DNA from: Candidatus Sericytochromatia bacterium
GTDB taxonomy: Bacteria > Cyanobacteriota > Sericytochromatia > S15B-MN24 > JAQBPE01
DNA length: 59,438 nt
Direction of reading: 5' to 3'
Assembly (NCBI GenBank): GCA_035285125.1
Contig: JAYKHR010000061.1
Location: forward strand, 1-59,438
Shown here: piece by piece, positions 36,427 through 45,770 of the stretch
Position numbering within the stretch: position 1 is the stretch's first letter
How the letters are laid out: every line of letters starts with the position of its first letter
Translations under genes and position numbers: made by a program
The notes under the pieces: model-generated
Databases searched by the model: none
Told to the model about the DNA's origin: nothing
The model's input: the letters and a program-made list of their open reading frames with translations, nothing else

Positions 36427-36668
36427 GCCTTGCCCCGTCGGATCGGGCCGGGTTCCCCCGGGGGAGCTTGGAGCGGGCAGGGTGCGTCCCGTTGTTGGTT
36501 CACGGGTGTTACTAAGCCGTGAATTAACCAGTTGAATCAGATAACTTAACCTTTTGTTTATGTTTGCGACGCAACCCGTGGGAGACATCCGGCGATAGAA
36601 CCAGCAGGGGCTCGGGCGTGGTTGCCCGGACCGTGGAAAATGATCGAGCCAAGATGAGGAAGCCCGAG

Positions 36669-37691
36669 ATGCGCCAGACCAGCAGCTGCCAGGCCGTGAC
36701 CGCCCGCGTCGCGCTGGCCGTGCTTTGCACCACGGCGGTGGCTGCGTGCGGGCGTCCCGTGCCCTCTTTCGGTAAGGTGTCGTCGGCCTCGGCGGCCAAG
36801 ACCACGCCTACGGCGCCGCGCAACCCCGTCGTGAACGAGGTCTATCGCGAGTCTCAGGCCCCTGAAATGGCCGAGATGGACCCTGTGGAGGGGCCCGTCA
36901 ACCTGCCGCCCGTGCCGAAGGCGCCGCCCACCCCGGTCGAGCCCGCGAACCTTCAGGTGAGGGCGCTCGCGACCACCAACACCTTCCAGCCGGCGCAGAT
37001 GCTCAACGCCGTGCTCACCATGCCCTCGACGAACATGATGACGACCACCCTGATCCGGGCCCGCGTGACATGGACCCCGGTCAAGGGCGCAGGCGCCTAC
37101 CGGATCTACTCGTTGCCGGTCCGAGAGGGGCAGGCCGAGGGCGAGAAGGGCAAGCTCTGCTACTACCTGCCGCAGTGGGCGCCGGTGGCCCTGATCGGCG
37201 GCGGCCTCGGTGGCCTCGGCAACCTGAACGTCGGTCAGGAGTATGTCTTCACGGTGGAGGCGCTGGACCGGGCGGGCAACGTGCTCGCTGCTGGCCGGGA
37301 CAACTGCGCGGCCCTCGCCCCCCTCGACCTGCCTGCGTTGCGGGAGCCCGGCCCGAACGCTGCGGCCGTTGGGATGTCGCCCTACCTGAAGTGGACGCCG
37401 GCCCGCGGGGCCGACGGCTACTACGTGGAGGTCTTCAAGACGGCGCGGGCTACCATCCCCACGCTGCCGATGTGGCGTGGCTTCCGGGCTGAAACAGACG
37501 CCAACGTGATGATGTACGGCCAGCAGATGGATGTCTTCGAGGGCACGCAACCCTTCCAGTGGTCGCTGCCGCTGACCGCCGGCCAGCGCTTCGCCTGGAC
37601 GGTGTGCGCCGTCCGGACGGACACGCACAACATGCACAACGCCAAGGCCATTGCCAAGGCGACCGCCCCGATGGGTTACTTCACGCCCTGA
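36669..37691 (+). CDS. Lipoprotein with two FN3/Ig-like beta domains
   Basis: Lipobox VAAC; VTWTPVKGAGAYRIY...YVFTVEA and LKWTPARGADGYYVEV...FAWTVCA repeats. Confidence 0.7.
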   Translation: MRQTSSCQAVTARVALAVLCTTAVAACGRPVPSFGKVSSASAAKTTPTAPRNPVVNEVYRESQAPEMAEMDPVEGPVNLPPVPKAPPTPVEPANLQVRALATTNTFQPAQMLNAVLTMPSTNMMTTTLIRARVTWTPVKGAGAYRIYSLPVREGQAEGEKGKLCYYLPQWAPVALIGGGLGGLGNLNVGQEYVFTVEALDRAGNVLAAGRDNCAALAPLDLPALREPGPNAAAVGMSPYLKWTPARGADGYYVEVFKTARATIPTLPMWRGFRAETDANVMMYGQQMDVFEGTQPFQWSLPLTAGQRFAWTVCAVRTDTHNMHNAKAIAKATAPMGYFTP

Positions 37692-37715
37692 TCGTCTGCC
37701 GGAGCCTTCGCCCCG

Positions 37716-39137
37716 ATGAGCCGTGCGTCCCGCCTTTTAGTGGCCTGCTGCCTGGCGATCGCCAGCAGCTTGGCTGCTGGCTGTGGCTCCCGGATCGAGT
37801 TCGCGACGCCTGAGTCGCCCGCTGCGGGCGGCGGCCCCAGCGAGATCAAGAAGGCGGCTTCTGGCGTCACGGTGACGGTCATCGATGCCTCGGCCCGGCC
37901 TGTGCCCGGGGCTCTCGTGAGCATCCTAGACGCAGCTGGGCGCGTCGTCGGGGCTGAGGTCAAGGCGGACGCGTCCGGCCAGGCCAACTTCCCCAAGGTC
38001 GCCCGGGCCCCGGGGTACGTCGCGGCGGCGCGGACACTGGGCCTCACGGCGCGCCACGCCTTTGACGTGGAGGGGGAGGCGGCAGTGCTGGTGAGCGTGC
38101 TGCTCGCGCCGGCCAACGGGGCCCGCGGCACGCTGGCGGGGGCCGTCATCGACGGGCTGACGGGGCGGCCACTCCACGGTGCAACCGTGGCCGTCGCTGG
38201 GGTGCCCGCCACGGCTCGGGCGGGGGCAGACGGGGCCTTCTTGCTGAAGGGGGTGCCCGCGGGCAACCCGATTGTCACGGCCACCTACCCCGGCTTCAAG
38301 GCGCAGCGCACGGTGGCGACCCTGCGGGCAGGCGCCTCCGTGCGGCTTGATTTCCGTCTCGCGCCTGCCCGGGACGTGGCCCGCTTCGGCCACACCGTCA
38401 TCGCCACGGCCAAGGCCATCCACGAGATCGACGCCATCGGCAGCCCGATCTGGACCTCGCGCAAGGGGGCCGTCCAGGTGCGCATCCTGCCCTCTGGCAA
38501 CTTGCTGGCGGCCGGCCCCGGCGGGGTCGACGAGCTGGTGCCGGGGGGCGGCGTCATGTGGTCCTACAAGCCGATGCTGCTTGGTCGCCTCGGGAACCCG
38601 CAAGGGGCTTACAGGGCGGGGAGCGGGAACACCTTCATCGCCGACACAGACCATGACCGCGTCCTCGAGGTCTCGACCTCCCAGCAGCTTCAGCGGACGC
38701 TGCGCGCCGACCTCTCTCGGCCGATGGGCGTGGAGCGCCTGGACGACACGCGCACCACACTGGTGGCGGACACCGGCCACAACCGCGTGCTCGAGCTGGA
38801 CGACGCCGGGCGCATCGTGTGGGGCTTCGGCGACGGCCGGCCTGAGACCCTCAACCGCCCCACCTACGCCACGCGCCTGCCCAACGGCAACACCCTGGTC
38901 ACGGACACGGGCAACAGCCGGGTCCTGGAGATCACCCCTGACCATCGCCTGGCGTGGGACTACGGGGGAGACGGCCAGCGCGAGACATGCTTCCTGCCCA
39001 ACTCCGCCGTGCGGCTGCCCGGGGGCTCCACCCTGATCGCCGACACTGGCAACCAGCGGGTGATTGAGGTGGCTGCCGACCGCAGTGTCGTCTGGCGGCA
39101 CGCCGTCGAAGGCCCGCTCTTCGCCGACCGGTTCTGA
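37716..39137 (+). CDS. Lipoprotein with carboxypeptidase-regulatory-like domains and NHL-repeat beta-propeller
   Basis: Lipobox AAGC; G.VIDGLTGRPL.GATV; four (I/V)(A/T)DT(G/D)(N/H).RV(L/I)E repeats. Confidence 0.8.
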   Translation: MSRASRLLVACCLAIASSLAAGCGSRIEFATPESPAAGGGPSEIKKAASGVTVTVIDASARPVPGALVSILDAAGRVVGAEVKADASGQANFPKVARAPGYVAAARTLGLTARHAFDVEGEAAVLVSVLLAPANGARGTLAGAVIDGLTGRPLHGATVAVAGVPATARAGADGAFLLKGVPAGNPIVTATYPGFKAQRTVATLRAGASVRLDFRLAPARDVARFGHTVIATAKAIHEIDAIGSPIWTSRKGAVQVRILPSGNLLAAGPGGVDELVPGGGVMWSYKPMLLGRLGNPQGAYRAGSGNTFIADTDHDRVLEVSTSQQLQRTLRADLSRPMGVERLDDTRTTLVADTGHNRVLELDDAGRIVWGFGDGRPETLNRPTYATRLPNGNTLVTDTGNSRVLEITPDHRLAWDYGGDGQRETCFLPNSAVRLPGGSTLIADTGNQRVIEVAADRSVVWRHAVEGPLFADRF

Positions 39138-39282
39138 GCCGAGCTGCTGCCGGGAACCAGCGGGTGAGAGACGTGGCAGCTGGCCGCGTCCTCAACCATC
39201 ATGCCGGCGAGCGTCGGTCCCGCGTCGATCCGGCCTGCGCCCGCCGCAGCTCGCGCGCCCCAAAAAAACTGGGGCAGGCGTA

Positions 39283-39324
39283 TTGCATTTTGGTTAAAAA
39301 TACAATAAGATTTAATTATTAACC
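39283..39324 (+). promoter_or_regulatory. Promoter of the GH13 gene with overlapping inverted repeat
   Basis: TTGCAT-17-TAAGAT; GGTTAAAAAT...ATTATTAACC inverted repeat (9/10 match). Confidence 0.55.
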
Positions 39325-39366
39325 GGTGTGGTCCTGTTTGCGCTTCGTCGACGAAGGAGTGGGCAC

Positions 39367-40914
39367 TTGCAAAGGAAGCTGTCGGGGCGGCTCGGCGCCG
39401 CGGTCCTGGTTGCCACGCTGGCCCTCGCGGGCTGTGGCTCGTCGCTGGGGGCTTTGCCCGGCGTCAAGGGGGCGGTCGCAAGCCAGGCCTCGCGTGCCTC
39501 CAAGCGGACGGGCTTCACGCCGCGCTGGGTGAAGGACGCTGTTTTCTACCAGATCTTCCCCGAGCGGTTTGCCAACGGGAACCGCGCCAACGACCCGAAG
39601 AACGTGCAGCCCTGGGGTGGGAAGCCCGAGTACGAGAACTTCTTCGGGGGAGACCTGGCGGGCGTCCGGGCCAAGCTGCCTTACCTGAGGTCGCTCGGCA
39701 TCAATGCCATCTACTTCAACCCGCTTTTCAAGGCCTCCTCGAACCACAAGTACAACACGGCCGACTACATGCAGATCGACCCCGCCTTCGGCACCAACGC
39801 CGATTTCAAGGCGCTGGTAGACGACCTCCACGCCGCGGGCATCCGCGTGGTGATCGACGGCGTGTTCAACCACACCGGCGATGACCACGTGTTCTTCGAG
39901 GACTGCAAGAAGAACGGGCCCCAGAGCCCCTACTGGAACTGGTACAGCATCTGGGGCTTCCCCGTCGTCACCAGCCCAAAGCCCAACTACAACGCTTGGT
40001 GGGGCTTCGGCACCCTGCCCCAGCTCACGGCTGCGAAGAACCGCGCGGTGCAGGAGTACCTGTTCAAGGTGACGGAGCACTGGACGCGTCAGGGCATCGA
40101 TGGTTGGCGCCTCGATGTGCCCAATGAGATCGACAACGGGAACTTCTGGCGCGAGTGGCGCAAGCGCGTAAGGGCCATCAACCCCGAGGCCTATATCGTG
40201 GGCGAGATCTGGGATGACGGCTCGGCCTGGCTGCAGGGTGACCAGTTCGATGCCGTCATGAACTACGTCGGCCGCAAGAACATCCTCGACTACTTCGCCT
40301 ACCAGAAGCTCAGCGTCGATGACCTGGACGCCTACCAGGCCGGCCTGCGTCGGCACTATGGCCAGGAGGTCACGGAGGCCAGCTTCAACATCGTGGGCAG
40401 CCACGACGTGCCTCGCCTCCGCACCGAGGCGGGCGGCAGCCTGGCCCGCTCGCGGGACGCCCTGTTCTACCTGATGACCCAGCCCGGCGCGCCTGTCATC
40501 TACTACGGAGACGAGCTCGGGATGGAAGGGGCCAAGGATCCGGACAACCGTCGCTGCATGCCCTGGGAGCAGGCGCGCCCGGCGAACGAGATGCTGAGCT
40601 TCACCCGCGAACTGATCGCCATCCGGAAGGCGCATCCCGCGCTGCGCGGTGGCGAGGTGCGGACGCTGATGCGTCACAACCACTTCCGGCTGTTCGTCTA
40701 CTCGCGAGCCCACCAGGGAGAGCAACTCGTCGTGGCCCTGAACAGTGGCTCTGAGGCCCGCGACGTGGCGTTCGACGTGCAGGGGGCCTTCCCTGAGGGC
40801 ACTGTGCTGCGCGACCTCCGCTCCGGGCGCCAGGGGGCGGTGCGCCAGGGCCGCGTCACAATCGAGGCCCTCCCGGCCCATTCGGGCGTGATCCTGGCCC
40901 CCGTCAAGCGGTGA
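39367..40914 (+). CDS. GH13 neopullulanase/cyclomaltodextrinase-like alpha-amylase, predicted lipoprotein
   Basis: TTG after AAGGAG; lipobox LAGC; WVKDAVFYQIFPERF, DGVFNH, DGWRLDVP, GEIW, GSHD, DPDNRRCM. Confidence 0.9.
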   Translation: MQRKLSGRLGAAVLVATLALAGCGSSLGALPGVKGAVASQASRASKRTGFTPRWVKDAVFYQIFPERFANGNRANDPKNVQPWGGKPEYENFFGGDLAGVRAKLPYLRSLGINAIYFNPLFKASSNHKYNTADYMQIDPAFGTNADFKALVDDLHAAGIRVVIDGVFNHTGDDHVFFEDCKKNGPQSPYWNWYSIWGFPVVTSPKPNYNAWWGFGTLPQLTAAKNRAVQEYLFKVTEHWTRQGIDGWRLDVPNEIDNGNFWREWRKRVRAINPEAYIVGEIWDDGSAWLQGDQFDAVMNYVGRKNILDYFAYQKLSVDDLDAYQAGLRRHYGQEVTEASFNIVGSHDVPRLRTEAGGSLARSRDALFYLMTQPGAPVIYYGDELGMEGAKDPDNRRCMPWEQARPANEMLSFTRELIAIRKAHPALRGGEVRTLMRHNHFRLFVYSRAHQGEQLVVALNSGSEARDVAFDVQGAFPEGTVLRDLRSGRQGAVRQGRVTIEALPAHSGVILAPVKR

Positions 40915-41203
40915 CGCGAGGCCTGGTTGCCCACCACCGGCGCCAGGCCTCGTCCCAACTGCATGGGAGGCTGCCACAGCGGCAGTTGACCTGGAGGCGA
41001 GGCGGCCGTAACCCTTTAAACCCTCTTTGTGACGGTGTTTTAAGGATTGCGCCGCCCTCGTCCCGGTGTTAACTTTTTCGGGCCGCGGGGTGAATTCTGC
41101 GCCGCGCGTGGTATGCTTGTTCTATCAAGGCCTAAATGCAGGTGGGCCATGCGCAGCGCAACCGCCACGACGGCGTGTTGGGCTCAGAAAGGCAGGTCCC
41201 CAC

Positions 41204-42040
41204 ATGTCTGAGCGTGCTCGCTCTCTTTCGCGTGTCGGCGTCCGGCGTGACGCCAGCACCAGCCGGCCTCGGTCGCCCTCGATCGACATCCTGAAGCGCA
41301 GCCTCGAAGCAGCGGGCGTGACGCGTCGCACCTTCGTCAACGAGACGGGGCTCAGCTACGAGTACGTCTCGCGGATCTTCAACAGCAAGGTCAAGTTCCC
41401 AGCCGTTCGAGAGACGTTGGAGCGCTTTGCCGAGGTGGCGCGGATCGACCCCATGGTCTTTGTGGAGTACCAGCAACTCGTGGCCGTGTTGCCCGAGTCC
41501 ACGCGGAAGCTATGGGCCCAGCTGCAGCGCCTGGGGTTGACGCGGCAGGACTTCTCCTCGCGGGTCGCCATCAGCCGCACTTACATGTACGAGATCCTGC
41601 GCGGCGACGTGCCGTTCCCGCGCAACCCCGAGGTGATCGAGAAGGTCGCCACGGCGGCGGAGATGGCCCCCGAGACCTTCTCCGAGTACCTCGCCCCGGT
41701 GCAGGACTGGGCTGAGCGCAACCCTGGCGCCATCGAGCACGTCTTCATGAACCTGCTCGTCACGCGGATGCTCCTGGCGCGCGGCTATGCCAGCTACGAG
41801 TCGCCGGCCTCCCAAGTTTCCGAAGACATGGTCAAGATTTTTCCGCCCGACGAGCGCTACGATCCCTGGGTGCGGGCCCTCTTCCGGATCATGGGGCGGC
41901 AGCGCCTCGGCGTGCGGGACGTGGCTTCCACGGCGGGGGTGTCTGAGCGGGACGTTCGTCTGATCGTGATGGGGCAGGTGCGCCCAGAGGATCTGCCGAC
42001 GGCCTCCACGGCCATTCGGGCAGCCTTCAAGCTCGCCTGA
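41204..42040 (+). CDS. Multi-XRE helix-turn-helix DNA-binding protein
   Basis: Three XRE-like repeats: GVTRRTFVNETGLSYEYVSRIFN, GLTRQDFSSRVAISRTYMYEILRG, RLGVRDVASTAGVSERDVRLIVMG. Confidence 0.7.
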   Translation: MSERARSLSRVGVRRDASTSRPRSPSIDILKRSLEAAGVTRRTFVNETGLSYEYVSRIFNSKVKFPAVRETLERFAEVARIDPMVFVEYQQLVAVLPESTRKLWAQLQRLGLTRQDFSSRVAISRTYMYEILRGDVPFPRNPEVIEKVATAAEMAPETFSEYLAPVQDWAERNPGAIEHVFMNLLVTRMLLARGYASYESPASQVSEDMVKIFPPDERYDPWVRALFRIMGRQRLGVRDVASTAGVSERDVRLIVMGQVRPEDLPTASTAIRAAFKLA

Positions 42041-42140
42041 CCGGCTCGGTGGAGAAGCCTCGTTGGCTGCCGGGTAAATACCCGGCAGCCCGCACCGGAG
42101 TTCTGGGCGCAACGCCCGCACCGGGTGGAGGATGGGAGCG

Positions 42141-42509
42141 ATGGCTGACAAGGCCAGGATCCTGCTGGTCGAAGACAACCCGGACACCGTCGAGTTTCTC
42201 TCCCGCCGTCTGCGGGATGAGGGCTATGAGGTTCTCGTGGCCCGGAACGGCATCGATGCCTGGCGCTTAGCTGGCCAGGAACTGCCCGACGCGATGGTCC
42301 TCGACATCAACCTGCCACAGCTCGATGGAGACGAGGTCGCCAGGCGGCTTCGCAGCCAACCTGAGACGGCTCGCATTCCGATCGTGTTCGTCACGGCAGA
42401 GACCGCGTCGCGCGTGCAGGACCTGCTCGTGCCGGGGCACACGGTCTGCCTGGAGAAGGCCATCAAGAGCCGGACGCTGCTCGACGCCCTGGCCGAGGTC
42501 CTGGCCTGA
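42141..42509 (+). CDS. Single-domain response regulator (receiver)
   Basis: RILLVEDN, LDINLP, DGDEVARRLR, IPIVFVTA. Confidence 0.88.
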   Translation: MADKARILLVEDNPDTVEFLSRRLRDEGYEVLVARNGIDAWRLAGQELPDAMVLDINLPQLDGDEVARRLRSQPETARIPIVFVTAETASRVQDLLVPGHTVCLEKAIKSRTLLDALAEVLA

Positions 42510-42550
42510 CGGCTCGCCTTGCCATCCGGTGTGACGGGGGGGTTGGCCTG

Positions 42551-42562
42551 GAACGTATGTTC
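42551..42562. promoter_or_regulatory. Putative LexA (SOS) box upstream of ruvB
   Basis: GAAC-GTAT-GTTC matches the GAAC-RNRY-GTTC consensus, 44 bp upstream of the ruvB start. Confidence 0.6.
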
Positions 42563-42605
42563 TTTGATACGATGGCCTCATCCCCCGTTCAACCTCGGTG
42601 ACACC

Positions 42606-43736
42606 TTGGCCATCATCAGCTCCTCCGACGACGCCTTGCCTGTCCGCAAGGAGCGCGTGGCCAAGCCGGTCGTGCCCCTCGAGGCCCGTCCGGCCGGGGT
42701 CGCTCCGACCCGGGTGATCGCGGCCGAGGCCCAAGTGGAAGACGCCGGCGAGGGTCAGAACCTCCGGCCCCGGCGCCTGGCCGAGTACACCGGCCAGACG
42801 GAGCTCAAGGAGGTCCTGCAGATCGCCATCGATGCTGCCCGGCACCGCGGCGACCCCCTCGACCACCTGCTCCTGTATGGGCCTCCAGGGCTCGGCAAGA
42901 CGACGATGGCCCAGATCGTGGCCACCGAGATGGGCGTGCCCGTGCGCATCACCTCGGCCCCGGCGCTCGAGCGCCCGCGCGACATCGCCGGCCTGCTGGC
43001 GACGCTGCAACCTGGCGAGGTGCTCTTCATCGACGAGATTCACCGGCTGAGTCGGCTGGCCGAGGAACTGCTCTACCCTGCCATGGAAGACTTCTCGCTG
43101 GACATCACCGTGGGCAAGGGGCAAACGGCGCGTACCCGCAGGCTGCCCTTGCCTCGCTTCACGCTCGTGGGGGCGACGACCAGGGCAGGGGCGCTGAGCT
43201 CTCCCCTGCGGGATCGGTTCGGCATCATCCAGCGGCTGCAGTTCTACCGCGAGGACGAGCTCGTGACCATCTTGCTCAGGGCCGCGGAGATCATGCGACT
43301 CGAGTTGCCCGAGGCCGGCGCCCGCGCGATCGCCAGGCGGGCCCGGGGCACCCCCCGCGTGGCCAACCGCCTGCTTCGCCGCGTGCGGGACTTCGCGCAG
43401 GTTCGTGGCTCCGGGGCGGTCACGGAGCCGCTGGCTCATGACGCCCTCGAGCGCCTCGGCGTGGACCCGGCGGGGCTCGACCCCGTCGACAGGCAGCTGC
43501 TGACCCTCATCGTGAGGCACCACCACGGTGGCCCCGTCGGGATCGAGACGCTGGCAGCGGCCCTTGGCGAGGACGTCACGACCATCGAGGACATCTACGA
43601 GCCTTACCTCTTGCAGGCCGGCTTCCTGGCCCGCACGCCGCGAGGGCGCGTCGTCACCCCGCAGGCATACGCTCACCTGGGCCTCGGCACCCCCGGGGTC
43701 TCAGGGCCCGGAAGGCTCTTCCCGGAAGGCTCCTGA
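42606..43736 (+). CDS. ruvB: Holliday junction branch migration helicase RuvB
   Basis: [65 protein letters not shown] start giving MAIISS. Confidence 0.97.
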   Translation: MAIISSSDDALPVRKERVAKPVVPLEARPAGVAPTRVIAAEAQVEDAGEGQNLRPRRLAEYTGQTELKEVLQIAIDAARHRGDPLDHLLLYGPPGLGKTTMAQIVATEMGVPVRITSAPALERPRDIAGLLATLQPGEVLFIDEIHRLSRLAEELLYPAMEDFSLDITVGKGQTARTRRLPLPRFTLVGATTRAGALSSPLRDRFGIIQRLQFYREDELVTILLRAAEIMRLELPEAGARAIARRARGTPRVANRLLRRVRDFAQVRGSGAVTEPLAHDALERLGVDPAGLDPVDRQLLTLIVRHHHGGPVGIETLAAALGEDVTTIEDIYEPYLLQAGFLARTPRGRVVTPQAYAHLGLGTPGVSGPGRLFPEGS

Positions 43737-43846
43737 CCCTCCACAGGCGCCCTGTCGATCCTGGTATACTGGGGGATACGACCATTGCGGCGATTGCGCC
43801 TGCGGCGGCACCACGGCGCGTGCCCCACCAGAGAAAGGATCTCTCC

Positions 43847-44791
43847 ATGGCCACCCAACCCTCCGTCGTCTTCTTCAAGGGTGACTTCGTGCCTTTCGAT
43901 GAGGCCAAGGTCGGCGTTATGACGCACGGCCTCAACTACGGCACGGGTTGCTTCGAGGGCATCCGGGGGTACTGGAACGCGGACGAGAACGAGCTCTATG
44001 TGCTCAAGATGCGCCCCCATTTCGAGCGGCTGCATCAGTCCGCGCGCATCCTGTACATGAACCTGACGCATTCGGTTGACGAGCTGTGCGAGATCACGCT
44101 CGAGCTCATCCGCCGCAACGGCTTCAAAGAAGATGTCTACATCCGGCCCCTGCTGTTCATGGGCGATGAGCTGATCGGTGTTAGGCTCCACAAGCTGAAC
44201 ACCAACTTCACGATGTTTGCGACGCCTATGGGCGACTACATCGACACCACGGGCATCAAGGTGGGAGTCTCGAGCTGGCGCCGGCTCGACGACAACGCGG
44301 TGCCGGCCCGCGCGAAGATCACGGGCGCCTACATCAACTCGGCCCTCGCCAAGACTGAGGCCTACCTCAACGGCTTCGACGACGCGATCTTCCTCAACGC
44401 GGACGGTCACGTGTCCGAGGGCAGCGCTATGAACCTGTTCCTGGTGCGCAAGGGGCGCCTGGTGACGCCCGGCGTGCAGCACAACATCCTGGAGGGTGTC
44501 ACCCGGCGGGCCGTCATGCGGATCGCAGAGGAGGAGCTCGGGATTGAGACGGACGAGCGCTCCGTCGACCGGACGGAGCTCTACATCGCCGACGAGATGT
44601 TCCTGTGCGGCACGGGAGCCCAGATTTCCCCGGTCACGGCAATCGACCACCGCTTGGTGGGCGGTAACGACGGCATCGGCCCCATCACGCGCCAGATCAT
44701 GGACATTTACAACCAAGCAGTGCGTGGGCGTCACCCCCGCTTTGCGGACTGGGTGACGCCCGTCTACAAGCCGGCCCGCGTCGAGGCCTGA
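43847..44791 (+). CDS. ilvE: Branched-chain amino acid aminotransferase
   Basis: THGLNYGTGCFEGIRGY, AKITGAYINS, EGSAMNLF, ILEGVTR, DEMFLCGT; TG-G-TATACT promoter at 43762. Confidence 0.93.
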   Translation: MATQPSVVFFKGDFVPFDEAKVGVMTHGLNYGTGCFEGIRGYWNADENELYVLKMRPHFERLHQSARILYMNLTHSVDELCEITLELIRRNGFKEDVYIRPLLFMGDELIGVRLHKLNTNFTMFATPMGDYIDTTGIKVGVSSWRRLDDNAVPARAKITGAYINSALAKTEAYLNGFDDAIFLNADGHVSEGSAMNLFLVRKGRLVTPGVQHNILEGVTRRAVMRIAEEELGIETDERSVDRTELYIADEMFLCGTGAQISPVTAIDHRLVGGNDGIGPITRQIMDIYNQAVRGRHPRFADWVTPVYKPARVEA

Positions 44792-44812
44792 GCTGTCTCG
44801 TCGCCTCGCCGC

Positions 44813-44840
44813 GGGGTCTGGGGGGGGGGCGTCAGGCCCC
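44813..44840. terminator. Hairpin between convergent ilvE and clpS
   Basis: GGGGTCTG...CAGGCCCC stem enclosing a G run. Confidence 0.4.
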
Positions 44841-44844
44841 CTCG

Positions 44845-45126
44845 TCAGACGTCCTTCTCGATCGAGCTCACGAGCCCGTAGCTGCGCAGGCGATCGCAGT
44901 ACATCTCTGCATGCTCGAGTGGGGCCGCAATCACGATGGCGACACCGTGGTGATGCGCCTCCTGCATAATGGTGAGCGCCTCCGCACGTGGCGTCTGCGG
45001 CACCGCCTTGAGGATGGCCTCGACCACATAGTCCATCCCGTTGTGGTCGTCGTTGTGCAGCAGCACCTTGTAGGGGTCGAACAGGCGCTGCTTCGTCGTG
45101 GGCTGCTCCAGCGGTTTGGTCGTCAA
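44845..45126 (-). CDS. clpS: ATP-dependent Clp protease adaptor ClpS
   Basis: YKVLLHNDDHNGMDYVV, IMQEAHHHG.AIV, EHAE.YC..L...GL.SSIE; TTG start after AGGAGG. Confidence 0.9.
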   Translation of the reverse strand: MTTKPLEQPTTKQRLFDPYKVLLHNDDHNGMDYVVEAILKAVPQTPRAEALTIMQEAHHHGVAIVIAAPLEHAEMYCDRLRSYGLVSSIEKDV

Positions 45127-45211
45127 CGCGAAACCTCCTGGCGTCGAGAGGGGGAGACCGGGGCGGGTATAACAGGGTAGACCGACCGCAGAGGGTCGCA
45201 CGCCCGCCTCC

Positions 45212-45733
45212 ATGTCATACCCTGCACATCCCACCTCCAATGCGCACCTTCGCCTCAGCTTGGCCTTGATGGCCCCGCTGGCGTTGCTGGGTTGTGGCAA
45301 TATCATCAACATCAACCCCAACTTCGAGACGCTCTGGAAGTGGGACGCCGAGACCTACATGATAGAGGGCGCCCTTACGCGCGGGTTTGCGAGCTACCCG
45401 CGAGTCGGTTACGTGCAGGGGGAGGGGGACAGCACCGACCGGGGCAGCTTCCGGCTAATCGGCTCCCAAGGGGTGGGCATCGACGCCCGCGGCATCTACG
45501 TCCCCACCGAGATTCTGTCGCTGGACGCGGAGCGGCGATTCCGCAAGACCTTCACGGTGCGCTCTCGCTACGGGCTGATCAACCTGTTTGCCTGGGACGA
45601 CCTCAACCGCAACGGCGTGCGCGACCTCAACGAGCAGATCGGCGGGGAGTGGGAGCTGCGCAAGCAGGACATCCGCGGGTGGTCCTTCAATGCCCCGGCC
45701 TGGAACCAGTTCAACTTCATCTTCACGAAGTAA
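45212..45733 (+). CDS. Hypothetical lipoprotein with Dx[DN]xNG Ca2+-binding-like loop
   Basis: Lipobox LLGC; WDDLNRNGVRDLNE. Confidence 0.65.
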   Translation: MSYPAHPTSNAHLRLSLALMAPLALLGCGNIININPNFETLWKWDAETYMIEGALTRGFASYPRVGYVQGEGDSTDRGSFRLIGSQGVGIDARGIYVPTEILSLDAERRFRKTFTVRSRYGLINLFAWDDLNRNGVRDLNEQIGGEWELRKQDIRGWSFNAPAWNQFNFIFTK

Positions 45734-45770
45734 GCGACCCGCACGCTGCCCGTCAGGGAGCCGTCGTGGC

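Noticed and set aside
37716..39137. Repeated GCCGACAC/GACACGGGCAAC segments as CRISPR or DNA repeats
   Set aside because: They are in-frame codons of NHL protein repeats, not identical repeats with spacers.
40915..40988. Two adjacent hairpins after the GH13 gene as an sRNA
   Set aside because: They are more simply explained as terminator or stability hairpins; no promoter or conserved motif evidence.
36321..42040. Genomic island integrated at tRNA-Gly
   Set aside because: No integrase, no duplicated tRNA 3' end seen, and downstream genes have similar GC and codon usage.
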